Source: Wickerhamiella versatilis (taxonomy: Eukaryota). Taken from it: 64,000 bases of DNA. How positions within the stretch are numbered: the stretch's first letter is position 1; every line of letters begins with the position of its first letter. Both the position numbers and the translations under genes were made by a program. Under the pieces are notes generated by a model, which was not told where the DNA came from, did not search any database, and was given only the letters and a program-made list of their open reading frames with translations. Shown one piece after another: positions 31,333 through 41,885 of the stretch. The stretch is from assembly GCA_030867685.1 (NCBI GenBank), contig JAQOWU010000008.1, forward strand, positions 3,534,001-3,598,000, given 5' to 3'.

Positions 31333-31746
31333 ATGATGAGCCCTGGTCCAGGAAGAGCGTTGACAACTACGGCTTTACCGTATCCAGCAGTCGAGGCTAC
31401 TCTAGTGCCTTCTACTAAAAATCAATTACATCGTCGTTCCCGTCATCGTCGAAAGAGAAGTCGGTCAAAGCTGCATCCTACATACCATGAGAACTATGCA
31501 CCAGCGATGTTAGAAGATGGCACATTCCAAATAGCAACGCCTCCCTACTCACCTTATCAAAAACATCAAGTCATATACGAAGAAAGTGAAGAGGTACGCT
31601 GGCAGCATCTGTTTAGAAACCTGGATGGTTGGTGCGAACAGCGGGTTCAGGAGTTAGGAGCGCAACTGGAAATTATTGCCAGTCGGCATGCAGCATACTG
31701 GCGTTCGGCTTCATATCCATCGCAAGAAGCACCCTTTCATGCATAG
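31333..31746 (+). CDS. Hypothetical 137-aa protein with a basic NLS-like tract and a TPPYSP motif
   Basis: Only long ORF in a 1.7-kb gap; TATA-like CATAAATA near 31221. Confidence 0.55.
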   Translation: MMSPGPGRALTTTALPYPAVEATLVPSTKNQLHRRSRHRRKRSRSKLHPTYHENYAPAMLEDGTFQIATPPYSPYQKHQVIYEESEEVRWQHLFRNLDGWCEQRVQELGAQLEIIASRHAAYWRSASYPSQEAPFHA

Positions 31747-32092
31747 TAACGCAAACGAACCGTCTTCAATTCATTACCCTTGAATAAATACCATGTTTCT
31801 CCCCAGGATTGTGCGACTGTAATAGAAGTCAATGAATCCTAGCATGACGACAACATTTTCAATGATCCCCACAGCGAACCGGCTTGCATTCATAAATCGA
31901 TGCTAAGTGAAATGGAGTGATTTTTTTCCGTTTAGTTCCGTACTTGGACGAGTCATCCCCGCTCTTTACTTAATTATGTATGCGTATTAAATGTCATAAA
32001 TTATTATTACATGATACCCTTACTGACTCTCGGGATGGTCTAAAAACCCATTTATTTAAACTCTCATATTATTATGACAAGTAAGAAATATA

Positions 32093-33793
32093 TTAACTCG
32101 AACTGGATCTATGTCTGAGCACTGACTCAAGTTCATTCATGAAATAAGTATGTGCAGCAGCCTTAGCTCGCTTCTCACGGCCAGCCTTGGCTTCCACTTC
32201 ACGAGCTGCTCGCATTTGCTCTATACGTACCTCCCTCGGCACCTTCTGCTTCACCTCAACAGGTATTTCTGTTTGAAGAAGCGTAGGATAAGTTTCCGGG
32301 AATGAATCTGCAAATGTGGTATCTGATGGAGTTGAAACTAAAGTGGAAGAAGCATCAGTACTCATGTCAGCCTCTGATGCCAGCGTAGAAGACGCATCGG
32401 CATCTAAAGTGAGGCTTCCGGTGCTCTGTGGCCGTTCCACGTTACACGAGACTTGATGCCATAGATTTCTTATTTCCTCGATCTCTGCTTCAATTGCCTC
32501 TGTCTGATTCTTTAGCTCTGTTGGCGAGTTCTCGGATAACTCTATTCGTGCCGCAAGATGTTGTGCCACGGAGGACAAAATAAAAAGTTTGGAAGAGCCC
32601 CTCTCTCGAGGCGTCCTTGCTTTCACGGCACCAGGCGAGTTTATGCCAATTGGATCGAATCTTTCCGAGGTTATAACCCGCGAAAGTTCTCGGGAAATCT
32701 CGTCAAAATGCTTCAAATGGTCAAGAACAGTAGACCAGACCGCGATTTCAGTGGCGTCACAACGACCACTTGATGGAATTACCATTAGACAACACAAAAA
32801 AGCCCTGCGGAGAAAATGCAACTTACGAAAGCAGTGCTTGAGAAAAGAAATAGGCGTGTGACAGGATGCACTACCAGTCCATCGCCCCGCTTCCTCTTCT
32901 TCCTCCTCTCCTCCTAGAAACCCTACAAAATCATCGTTCATCACAAACCCAAGATTCTGCTGAACAGTCATTAAATCGTAAACTTCGAACATTTGCTGAA
33001 GGTCTAGTTCTGAGCTGAACTGGAATACATCTGCAATGGCCTTGAGATAAGCTTCAACTGCAATGGTCAATGACGAACTCAAGACAGCCCGAAGACGTCT
33101 TGCCCCGTTGGTACCAGTTCCCCCAGACACAGGAGTAGCGCCTGCTTTATATCCTTGGTCAATGAGGTCAACTTCCTGGATAAAGCGGAGGCATCTCACT
33201 ATATCACCATCAAAGCTCCTGCTAGAGTCCACGAATAATTCAGCATGCCCCAGAACCTTTGAACGAAGCTGCCGGACCAATCGGCGTCGAGAATGGGCAA
33301 ATAAATAGAGAGCTATCAGGATGCAGGCGGCGAAGGCCATGTTGGACTTGTTATATTTTGAGCGCCAAAATACCAGTATGGCGACAACCATAATACAGCC
33401 CCCACTGCCAACCCACATATTACTGGGGAGCCTCACAGCATCCCAAGGTCCCCTAATGCTCATAAATAATTCGAATCGTCTCTGCTCAGGTGCTATCTTA
33501 GTCCCCGACCACGTCGTATATAGCGGTTTTGACTCTAAGAGGTGTGAGCCCACAATAATGTATCTGAATTGTTCTAAGAAATTCCTTGTCTCCTCAGTGT
33601 TGATTTGACGGTCAGCTGCCTGGTGCACGAGCCTTCTAAGGCGCATTTGACGCATTCCACGTGATAGATCAGGGGCCTCAAATGAACGCTCTTCCTCGGG
33701 CGGCAGAGTGTCCTCAATACCCCAATCTTTCGCATCTACCTCCTCTTCGAGGTATTCTGCTAGGGGAGTGTCTTTAAATACGGCTTCGTCCAT
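32093..33793 (-). CDS. Vezatin/Inp2-family myosin-binding membrane protein (VezA-like)
   Basis: TPLAEYLE, FLEQFRYIIVGSHLL, two TM helices, IQEVDLI..GY, LH.LRR.FLC.L, terminal ELESVL. Confidence 0.75.
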   Translation of the reverse strand: MDEAVFKDTPLAEYLEEEVDAKDWGIEDTLPPEEERSFEAPDLSRGMRQMRLRRLVHQAADRQINTEETRNFLEQFRYIIVGSHLLESKPLYTTWSGTKIAPEQRRFELFMSIRGPWDAVRLPSNMWVGSGGCIMVVAILVFWRSKYNKSNMAFAACILIALYLFAHSRRRLVRQLRSKVLGHAELFVDSSRSFDGDIVRCLRFIQEVDLIDQGYKAGATPVSGGTGTNGARRLRAVLSSSLTIAVEAYLKAIADVFQFSSELDLQQMFEVYDLMTVQQNLGFVMNDDFVGFLGGEEEEEEAGRWTGSASCHTPISFLKHCFRKLHFLRRAFLCCLMVIPSSGRCDATEIAVWSTVLDHLKHFDEISRELSRVITSERFDPIGINSPGAVKARTPRERGSSKLFILSSVAQHLAARIELSENSPTELKNQTEAIEAEIEEIRNLWHQVSCNVERPQSTGSLTLDADASSTLASEADMSTDASSTLVSTPSDTTFADSFPETYPTLLQTEIPVEVKQKVPREVRIEQMRAAREVEAKAGREKRAKAAAHTYFMNELESVLRHRSSSS

Positions 33794-33931
33794 CTTGGAG
33801 AAACACCCCCACCACACAGGGTAATGTCAGCTGAATCAACAGAACGGTCCCCGGAATAAACACATCTCATGGATAGGAGGGTAAATGGCATAACCAAACC
33901 GGGAAAATTTTCCGAGACATAGTCAACCCTA

Positions 33932-34036
33932 GTAAGTAAATAATAGCCTTTATCTCTCTAAATATTGCGCATTACGGCAAGCATCTGCTATTTCTTCTTT
34001 GGATCACTCACATATTACTAACTTGTCAGCTTCCAG
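33932..34036 (+). other. Probable 5'-UTR intron of the CCDC124 gene
   Basis: GTAAGT at 33932, perfect TACTAAC at 34016-34022, CAG acceptors ending at 34029 or 34036, ATG at 34044. Confidence 0.6.
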
Positions 34037-34043
34037 TACCAAG

Positions 34044-34682
34044 ATGGGTAAAGGAAAAGGCGGTGGCGGAGAAAACTCCAAAAAAGCAGCGGGCAATGCT
34101 CGAAAGGCGGATGCCGCTGCATCTAAGAAGGCCGATGCTGAGGCGAAGTTAGCTGCTGAGGAAGAATCTAAGTGGGAACAAGGTGCGAGAAAGAAGAACG
34201 TTAAACGGGAGAATGAGGCCGCCAAGAAGGAGGAGGCCCTCCGTAAGAAGGCTGAACGTGATGCCGAACTTGAAGCAGAAACGGCCCAGATCAAAACCAA
34301 GAAGCCGCCGGCTAAGAAGGCCGGGAAAGGTGGTAGCGGTATTGATGGAGCCCTGTCCAGTCTTAGTGCCCATAACATTGATGATGCCATCTCAGCCTTG
34401 CAAATAACCTCAGGAAAAGGTGAGGACAAGATCGATCGGCATCCAGAGCGCAGATTTAAGCCGGCTCTTAAGGCTTATGAGGAACGTCGGTTGCCTGAAA
34501 TTCGTGAGGAGCATCCTGGCTTAAGATTGAACCAGTACAAGCAGAGGATTTATGAAGAATTCCAGAAGTCTTCAGAGAATCCATTCAACCAGGTTAATGT
34601 GGCTTATAATGCCACGGGTGAGGATGTAGCTTCGACGAAGGAATCGGTTAAGAAGGGCAAGGAGGCACGCTTAGCTCACTAG
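34044..34682 (+). CDS. CCDC124/Oxs1 family protein (Lso2-related, ribosome-associated)
   Basis: GENSKKAAGNARKA, KW.QGA, DRHPERRFK..L..YEERRLP, PGLRL.Q, ENPFNQ. Confidence 0.92.
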   Translation: MGKGKGGGGENSKKAAGNARKADAAASKKADAEAKLAAEEESKWEQGARKKNVKRENEAAKKEEALRKKAERDAELEAETAQIKTKKPPAKKAGKGGSGIDGALSSLSAHNIDDAISALQITSGKGEDKIDRHPERRFKPALKAYEERRLPEIREEHPGLRLNQYKQRIYEEFQKSSENPFNQVNVAYNATGEDVASTKESVKKGKEARLAH

Positions 34683-34803
34683 AGAGTAGTCTAACATTTT
34701 TTTTTAATTTTTTTTTATTCTGATACCGGCTCGAGGCTCGAAACCAGAAGTATAAGTATATTGTTACATAACGTAATATTATATACCAAAAGGACTCGAT
34801 CCT

Positions 34804-35544
34804 ATGCCTCGGATCAGGTTCCTTCGCCCGGTTCTTCAGGGTACGCGTCCACCGAACCCGGTGGTTCCACGCCCGGTAGATACACATGGCCCTCCGCAAA
34901 AGCGCCCCGCCGGTGTCCCAGACCCGAGTAAAGCCAGCACACATATGCAGAATCTTTTGCAGAAATATGAGGAGTCAGTTGCGAATGATACCGCTCATTT
35001 CGCTATTGGTGGTGACCAGCAATATTTTCCCTGGGCTCCTATCACGTTACTTCGTCCGAGTGCACGAATGACCCCATTTCAAGCACAGTTCCAAGTCCCG
35101 CGGCATTGGAATAAGCTCGATCTAAGAGACTACCTGTGGCACCTATACGGGCTGAGAGCGCTAAACATAACCACGCAGATCAAGTGGAGTAGATGGGTAC
35201 GTGGGCGAACCCGCTACAGAACTGCACAGGTGAAAAAGATGATTATTGACATGGAAGAGCCATTTATCTGGCCTTCACCTGACGCATCTGCAGAGGAGAC
35301 GCATCAGAAGACGGCGAACCTGAACATGACAAAGTACCAGCAAGAACTTCAAGATAGAACTGGCTCCGATCTCAAAAAACCCGCAGATGCATATGATGGT
35401 GTCCTCGGGCCCTATCCTGACGCACCACAGCCGTTTGTTCCTAATAAAGTTAACAGGCGGATGGCGAACAGTAAGGAGAAGCAGAATGCCCTGGAGCGGC
35501 GTAAGGCTGATGAAGAGCTCATAAAGCAGTTTCTGAAACTCTAG
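34804..35544 (+). CDS. MRP20: Mitochondrial ribosomal protein uL23m
   Basis: YFPWAPITLLRP, F.VP...NKLDLRDYL.HLYGL, KKMIIDMEEPFIWP. Confidence 0.9.
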   Translation: MPRIRFLRPVLQGTRPPNPVVPRPVDTHGPPQKRPAGVPDPSKASTHMQNLLQKYEESVANDTAHFAIGGDQQYFPWAPITLLRPSARMTPFQAQFQVPRHWNKLDLRDYLWHLYGLRALNITTQIKWSRWVRGRTRYRTAQVKKMIIDMEEPFIWPSPDASAEETHQKTANLNMTKYQQELQDRTGSDLKKPADAYDGVLGPYPDAPQPFVPNKVNRRMANSKEKQNALERRKADEELIKQFLKL

Positions 35545-35663
35545 GGAGTTCTTATATTTTGATGTACATATCGCTATAAACGGATTTATAGTTACAAAGA
35601 AAAAATAAATGCTTGACTGCCTGAATCCCTAGTAAATAGTATATTTCAAATTAATCTTTCAAT

Positions 35664-35888
35664 TCATTTATCTGCGCCCATCTCAAGAATGGGCTTTCCT
35701 TCAGACATCAATGTTATGGCCTTCTGGGCACGGGACCAACTCTCAATGTTATCGCTTGCCGTGGTCAAATTTGATGATATTTCCTCAAAGTTTTCTGTAA
35801 GGCAAAGAATCTGCGACAGCAATTCCTTGGTACTAATGCGGAGACGCTGCAGTTGCTCCAACTGTCCCTGTTTGGTTTCCAGGTCCAT
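35664..35888 (-). CDS. DAD2: DASH/Dam1 complex subunit Dad2-like
   Basis: K..QLEQL..LR..T.EL..QI..L.E.F..I...L......IESW....KAI pattern fits Dad2. Confidence 0.6.
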   Translation of the reverse strand: MDLETKQGQLEQLQRLRISTKELLSQILCLTENFEEISSNLTTASDNIESWSRAQKAITLMSEGKPILEMGADK

Positions 35889-35957
35889 AACGTAACGCGA
35901 AGAGAGTGGAGGGAGCGGCTAGGGTTATAAATCTCTTAAGTTGGTTCATTAAGACTA

Positions 35958-38417
35958 CTATTTTGTAGATTGACGTTTAATCGTACCTTGAGCGCCTCCC
36001 CTGCCACGAATTCGAGTACCATCCTGTGACACCTTATCCGTCAGCGCGAAAGGGTGGGAGGAAAGCAGTGCCTGTCTCAATTCATTCACGCGCTCTTCCT
36101 CGTGAATCCTGTATGTACGAAGCTCCTGATCAAGCATTCTGCATTGCGAATATAACTCTCCAACCTCGCGCGTTAAGCGTTCGTTGTCATCGATATACTG
36201 TTTTTCAATGGACTCTTTGATGCGCTGTCCAGCAGGCACCTGTCCTCGTTGTTTTTCTTGCTCCATAAATTTAATCACGCCATGAAGTTGGGCCATATCC
36301 GCAGTCATCTTGGCGATTTCTCTGCTCTTGTCTCCACGGATCCCTGTGATTTCGTCCCTGGCCTCAGCGAGCTCACGTTGGAGACGCTCGATCTCGATCT
36401 GCTTTTCCATGGATTCACTTCTTTCATCGGCCTGAGAGACAGAAAGCTCAGCTTCTGGCTTTCCATTGTTTCCTTCATATTTATCACGGATGGCATATAA
36501 CTCAGTTTCAGCCTTACTACATTCGTCCCTGAGCTGTTTCATATCCTTTACTGCGATATCACGCTCATTTTGTACCCGCTTGATTTCCTCTTGAAGCCTA
36601 GTTTGCGATTCTACAGCCTCAGAGAGCTTTTTCCGTAAGTCTTGGTTCTTCTCCAGTAGCTTCCCCTCGTAGGCAACACGCTCCCGTAGCATTGCACGCG
36701 TAGATCGCGTCTCTTTCTGGGATTCCTCCTGGACGCTATGAATTCGATTCTGTAAATTTTGTGCCTCGTGTTCTAGTTCCTCCCGCTTGAAAGCCGCCAT
36801 TGTTTGCCTCGCAAGTTCCTTTTGGAGCCTTATAACCTTTCTTTCTGATGTATAACGCAAAAAATTGGCAAAGTCAAGCTCATTCTTGCTGAGGAAGAGT
36901 TCTCGTGCATAAAAGGCAGCAGACTCAAAATCACGATTTTGTGGCTGGTTGGACAATCGATCACTCTGAACAGATACTTGAGGGCTAAGCTCACTTTGTG
37001 GACTATCTAACCGTGATGCATGCCCAAGGTGTATTTTTGGACCGTCTATAAGAGATGCTTTTGCGGTACATTCTGTATCACCACTCTCAGGTGATGTGTC
37101 CTCCCTCAGAAGACCAGGTACCCCGCTTCTTGCAAGAGCAGTACTAAAATTCTTCCGATGGTCATCCAAGAGGTCGCGTAGTGTATAATCTGCTTCCGAA
37201 ACCACGTCAGACTTGGTCGCATAGAGGTTTGTGCAAAATATGTTTATATTCCCTGGCGATCCCAATTCCTTCCATCTTCCTGCAGCCCCAAATACTTCTT
37301 CATTTTCTTCACGGGTACCTGCCTGACTGAGTAGTAGGGGATGCAGCAGATAGTGTGACACAATATTTTCCACCCGTTGGAATACCATGAATCTGCTCCA
37401 AAAGTCGACGAAAGGTCTCTTATATTCAGGATAATACTCCGATAAATACAGGTCACATTGGCGGCAAAACTTTAAGGTGTTGCGAGGGAAAAACCCATAC
37501 AGATAGGTGAAGAAAGGTATGATATTGGGAGCAGCCCCATCATGGTCTCGAAGGGGTTCCCACGACCCCGTTGACACCTCATGGGCTTCATAATTCTCTT
37601 TTTCAGGCTGCCAGCTACAAAGGCGTCCGAAACAGCCATATAGTCTGGGTAGAAGCTCGACCACATGATCATAGATGTGAGGAAAGAGCATGGCCAGGAT
37701 AGTAGTCGCACTTGACAGTGAAGTCGAACTCTTCTCGAATTCAAGTAGCTCCAATAGAGTGCCGAAAAATTCCGAGTCATAGACTTTGAAAAGCTTGGCC
37801 TGCTGGCCACAGGATACAAATTCAGACACAATCTCTAGTGCATCTAACCTAGTGTTAGGTTGGCGCACATACCTATTCAACAAGTCCAGTGTCATCTTTG
37901 GCTGTTTTATAGCTGCCAATATTATGAAATGGCGAGTGTTAAATCGTAGGAACCGACTTCTTTCATTTGTCCATGGTCTGGAGGCGAACATATTCTCTTG
38001 CTCATGGTCGATGTATAACGGAATAATCCATCCCACAATTTGATGAAATGTCTCCAAATCCGTAGAATCATCTGATATTAAGGTCTCTACAAACTTGCGA
38101 CTCAGTTCCACAAGCCTGTTGCTATACCCCCCACTATCCGTCGCGAGGGGAAAACACATGCGCAGCCAGAACTTTATCTCGTCTATATTAACAAGACACG
38201 GTACAAAGCCTACGAGGACTTCCAGGAATATAGAGGTTGGTTCCCCAGATCCAGCTAGACGAACCAGCATGTCATGTATACGGCTCGACGTGCTGCCATC
38301 AACCCCCTCATGAGCTTCCACATACTCCTCAATGTATGCCTCTGCCTCTGGATTCAGCTGGCCATCCTCGAGACACTGCTCGAGTGCCCTTTCCAACTGA
38401 CGCAGCTGCACCACCAT
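35958..38417 (-). CDS. TSC1: Hamartin (TSC1) homologue
   Basis: Helical N-domain with ILAMLFPHI, FFTYLYGFFPRN and LLHP; long C-terminal coiled coil; fungal-type R.RGRGGAQ tail. Confidence 0.8.
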   Translation of the reverse strand: MVVQLRQLERALEQCLEDGQLNPEAEAYIEEYVEAHEGVDGSTSSRIHDMLVRLAGSGEPTSIFLEVLVGFVPCLVNIDEIKFWLRMCFPLATDSGGYSNRLVELSRKFVETLISDDSTDLETFHQIVGWIIPLYIDHEQENMFASRPWTNERSRFLRFNTRHFIILAAIKQPKMTLDLLNRYVRQPNTRLDALEIVSEFVSCGQQAKLFKVYDSEFFGTLLELLEFEKSSTSLSSATTILAMLFPHIYDHVVELLPRLYGCFGRLCSWQPEKENYEAHEVSTGSWEPLRDHDGAAPNIIPFFTYLYGFFPRNTLKFCRQCDLYLSEYYPEYKRPFVDFWSRFMVFQRVENIVSHYLLHPLLLSQAGTREENEEVFGAAGRWKELGSPGNINIFCTNLYATKSDVVSEADYTLRDLLDDHRKNFSTALARSGVPGLLREDTSPESGDTECTAKASLIDGPKIHLGHASRLDSPQSELSPQVSVQSDRLSNQPQNRDFESAAFYARELFLSKNELDFANFLRYTSERKVIRLQKELARQTMAAFKREELEHEAQNLQNRIHSVQEESQKETRSTRAMLRERVAYEGKLLEKNQDLRKKLSEAVESQTRLQEEIKRVQNERDIAVKDMKQLRDECSKAETELYAIRDKYEGNNGKPEAELSVSQADERSESMEKQIEIERLQRELAEARDEITGIRGDKSREIAKMTADMAQLHGVIKFMEQEKQRGQVPAGQRIKESIEKQYIDDNERLTREVGELYSQCRMLDQELRTYRIHEEERVNELRQALLSSHPFALTDKVSQDGTRIRGRGGAQGTIKRQSTK

Positions 38418-38470
38418 GTGTTAGCTCAGAGATTAGATGACTACTGCTACTACCACATTCACTATTTAAT

Positions 38471-40678
38471 TTAGGATTGTTGTGGGGAAGGATCCTTATT
38501 GAAATGTAAGTCAATGTGCATCCATTCACGTGCCCGCACTCGTTCAGGAGCAAGAGGAAATCCGTATGCTAAAGGACCAAAGTATAAGAACATAAGTGCA
38601 AGTCCTGTAATAATAATGGATGCAATAGTCTTTGTGACTCGACTAGACGTCTTTTTCTGAACCCCATCTTGCTGTGTGCCCACCAGATCGAAAATTCCAG
38701 CCGACACAAGAGCTGCTATTAGGTGCGCCGGCAAATAGTGGTGCAAGAATAGCTGTCGCCCCATAAGGAAAAATGGAGCGTAGTGACAGAGCCAACCGTA
38801 CCAGAACCATAGTACTGTCCTGTAAAGTCTATTTCGAGTATATGTGCTGAAGATGTTCACATCACGCCGCAGTGTGAGTTGGTCCACCAGGATGATAAGC
38901 GGCACAACAAGAAGACTTATCAATTCCACTGCATAGCCAAAAAAGTTTCCAATCAAGTAGATTTGAGATTGCTGGTCCTTACCTGTCCAGAATGATATGC
39001 CACGCAAAAGTAGAGGCCATGTCCAAGGGGAACTCATGTAAGGGTGGGTGTTCGTCAATAAATTATTGGAACGGAACATACTCATTTGGAGCTCCCACCA
39101 GTCGTCGAAAAATGGACGTCGAGGAGCTGTTTCTGCATCTCCCAAGGTACGTCGGCTTTCCCTCTCCTCCTCATTGCTCAAGGAGACGATGTCACTGAAG
39201 TACCAAACAGTTCCCGATGCCCCAGAGTTCTTGTTACCATTTATTTCGTATTGGCCGAAGCCCCAATCAGGCAATGTGTGTTCTGAAAGCCACATAGCGA
39301 CAGGGGTTTTAACATGCTTCAACCTAAATTGCGACATCATAGTCTTCACCGATGACTGCTTTAGCAACTCAAGATCGAAAATTGTCTTGCTATACAGATC
39401 CTCGTTGGCTTCAGCCTCTTCCCTAGTAACCACTGTGAATTCCTCGTTGGTTGGATAGCTTGGCGATGCCACATCATGGGTCAAGAGGTAAGAGTCAGTG
39501 GCTACATGCAGCAAACGAACTCTTTGTGAACCGGCAATAGCGCCATTCCTGTGAGGATCATCGACAGGAAGATCAACTGGGGGAATAATCTGCCAGTGGT
39601 TGTTCGCATCAGGATGACCATATCCAGTAACCTGTTGACCTTGCGTCGAAATGCGGCCATCAGAATACTGCAGTGGATAGCGCTCAGGATGGGAGTGAAG
39701 ATACATGTTTAACGGTACAGACTGTATCGTCACTGTGTCATAAAAGTGTATATCCATGGCACTCTTAGCAACAGGACTTTGTTTGAGTGTCGCCTGGAAT
39801 TCTGGGCTCATTGACGAGTCGCCAGGGCCAGAATTGCATAGAATCTGAAAATGCACCCAGAACCAAAAGAGATAAAGGGCAAAAGGGAACACTATTAGGC
39901 CCCATACCCGGGCAATAAAATGTTTGAAAACGACCTTTAGCGTGTTACCTGTCTTGTAGTCCAAAATATCCCAAAGATCGACCAAGACTGCCCCACCTAC
40001 CATAAGGAATGTGAATACACCAACATACTTTGTGCTTATCGTACACGAGAGAGCAAATCCTGTAGCCAGCATCCAGCCCCACCAGGAGAGCGTGAACGGC
40101 GACTTCTTCAATTTAGAAAACCTCACGTAGCAATAAATGCTCAATATGGCAAAAAACGTTAGGGGTGCATCAAGCAATATAAGGCGAGTCTGTGCAACCT
40201 GTGCCGAATCGAACAAAACCAGCGAACTGCCCAAAGTGCAGGCGATTGGACTAAATCCAGCTTGCTGCAAAGTGGAAAAAATCACAGGCACTGTGGTTGC
40301 CCCCAGGAAAGCCGGAAGTGAACGATACGCTACGTAGGGTACCTGTGCCGCGTTGTAAGATTCGCCAATATTGTCAAATTTGAATCTACCATCATATCCA
40401 ACATACCACCCTACAAGAGCATAAAGCATCTTGGCAAAAGGCGGGTGCAGATCAAAATAGTATTCTCGCTGAAGATAATGGCTAGCAAATTTGCCAAAAT
40501 GTACTTCATCAAATACCACTTCAGATGGATGGCTTAAATAGGCAAAACGCGTAATGAACGCTAGTAGTGTAACCAGAAGTTTTGGAATCCAATAATTAGG
40601 CGAACCACCATTAGCCGGCTGCTCCGACGATTTCTGACGACGGGCAGTTTTAGTCGGTGCCACGTGTTTGGAAGGCAT
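38471..40678 (-). CDS. PMT4: Protein O-mannosyltransferase, PMT4 subfamily
   Basis: VVFDEVHFGKFAS.YL.R.Y.FDLHPPFAK, MIR domains (RISTQGQQVTGY), RQLFLHHYLPAH. Confidence 0.95.
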   Translation of the reverse strand: MPSKHVAPTKTARRQKSSEQPANGGSPNYWIPKLLVTLLAFITRFAYLSHPSEVVFDEVHFGKFASHYLQREYYFDLHPPFAKMLYALVGWYVGYDGRFKFDNIGESYNAAQVPYVAYRSLPAFLGATTVPVIFSTLQQAGFSPIACTLGSSLVLFDSAQVAQTRLILLDAPLTFFAILSIYCYVRFSKLKKSPFTLSWWGWMLATGFALSCTISTKYVGVFTFLMVGGAVLVDLWDILDYKTGNTLKVVFKHFIARVWGLIVFPFALYLFWFWVHFQILCNSGPGDSSMSPEFQATLKQSPVAKSAMDIHFYDTVTIQSVPLNMYLHSHPERYPLQYSDGRISTQGQQVTGYGHPDANNHWQIIPPVDLPVDDPHRNGAIAGSQRVRLLHVATDSYLLTHDVASPSYPTNEEFTVVTREEAEANEDLYSKTIFDLELLKQSSVKTMMSQFRLKHVKTPVAMWLSEHTLPDWGFGQYEINGNKNSGASGTVWYFSDIVSLSNEEERESRRTLGDAETAPRRPFFDDWWELQMSMFRSNNLLTNTHPYMSSPWTWPLLLRGISFWTGKDQQSQIYLIGNFFGYAVELISLLVVPLIILVDQLTLRRDVNIFSTYTRNRLYRTVLWFWYGWLCHYAPFFLMGRQLFLHHYLPAHLIAALVSAGIFDLVGTQQDGVQKKTSSRVTKTIASIIITGLALMFLYFGPLAYGFPLAPERVRAREWMHIDLHFNKDPSPQQS

Positions 40679-41016
40679 ACGGTCACGTCGTGAATGATGT
40701 CGTGTCAGCACTATATATACTTGGGCAAGGGATTTATGTACGGTTCAACGCAGACAAGGTAAGTTTCTTCACTTAGAATTCTATTCTTTTGGAAAAAAGT
40801 TGGAAATTGCAGAATTCCATATAATCGCATGTCCTAAAAATGGACCTAATCGCAGCTTAGTTCACCAAGATTTTATACTCTTAAAGACTGTGACCAATGC
40901 CGCGTCTATATTCTTTCCACCAAAGGTTTCAAATACATGTATAGTATTAGCCTATTTTGGTAGCTTTTGCCCGGCGCCTTGGAGTTACTCTTACTGCTTA
41001 TATCAGTCACCTGACG

Positions 41017-41835
41017 ATGTACCGCCGTCTATTCTCAGTAGCGTCTCCAGCCCGTGCGGTGCTTCGTACACGATCGCGAACTGCAGCCCCAAGGCCAGTA
41101 ACTGCATCCCAGAAGTCTGCTGCTGATGCAAAGCCGAAGCAGCCCACTGCAGCTGCACCTAACGCTATTCCCAGCCAACCCGAAACACAGCAAGCTCAAG
41201 TGGCACAAGAATCAACGAATGATTCAATAAGAAGTGTTCCTGAACTAAATAAAACGGTGGATCCAACATTGGATGAGAGGTCCATGGTTGAAACAGTTCA
41301 CCAACTGGAGGAACAAGACCTCGTTTCAAATGCCGATTGGAGTACTAGCTTTCAGGGATTAGGGGCAGCGCCATTCCCTGAAAAAGTTACAGATATATTG
41401 CTTCAGCCTACTAAGCCCGAAGATGTGGAAATCACCCCAGATGGGCTGGTCTACCTTCCAGAGATTAAGTACCGGCGTATCCTAAATCGGGCATTTGGAC
41501 CTGGAGGATGGGGAATTGCCCCACGTACAAAGACTATGGTTACGAAGCGTAAAGTTACCCGTGAATATGGTCTGGTCTGCCTGGGCCGTCTTGTTTCTGT
41601 ATCGCGTGGTGAGATGGATTTCTTTAATGCCGAAGGAGTGACGACTGCCATGGAGGGTTGTAAGTCAAATGCTCTCATGCGTTGTTGCAAAGATCTGGGG
41701 ATTGCATCTGAACTTTGGGACCCTGTTTTCATTCGTGAGTTTAAAGCAAAATACTGCGATAGTAAATATTTCGAGAAGAGGCGACGCTTCGCATGGAAAC
41801 GTAAAGACCGTCAATGGGAATATCCTTATGTGTAA
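41017..41835 (+). CDS. MGM101: Mitochondrial genome maintenance protein Mgm101
   Basis: Presequence; [49 protein letters not shown]. Confidence 0.97.
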   Translation: MYRRLFSVASPARAVLRTRSRTAAPRPVTASQKSAADAKPKQPTAAAPNAIPSQPETQQAQVAQESTNDSIRSVPELNKTVDPTLDERSMVETVHQLEEQDLVSNADWSTSFQGLGAAPFPEKVTDILLQPTKPEDVEITPDGLVYLPEIKYRRILNRAFGPGGWGIAPRTKTMVTKRKVTREYGLVCLGRLVSVSRGEMDFFNAEGVTTAMEGCKSNALMRCCKDLGIASELWDPVFIREFKAKYCDSKYFEKRRRFAWKRKDRQWEYPYV

Positions 41836-41885
41836 ATAATAAATCATATATAGAGTTATGGTATAAAAAGGCCTATAAGGAAGTT

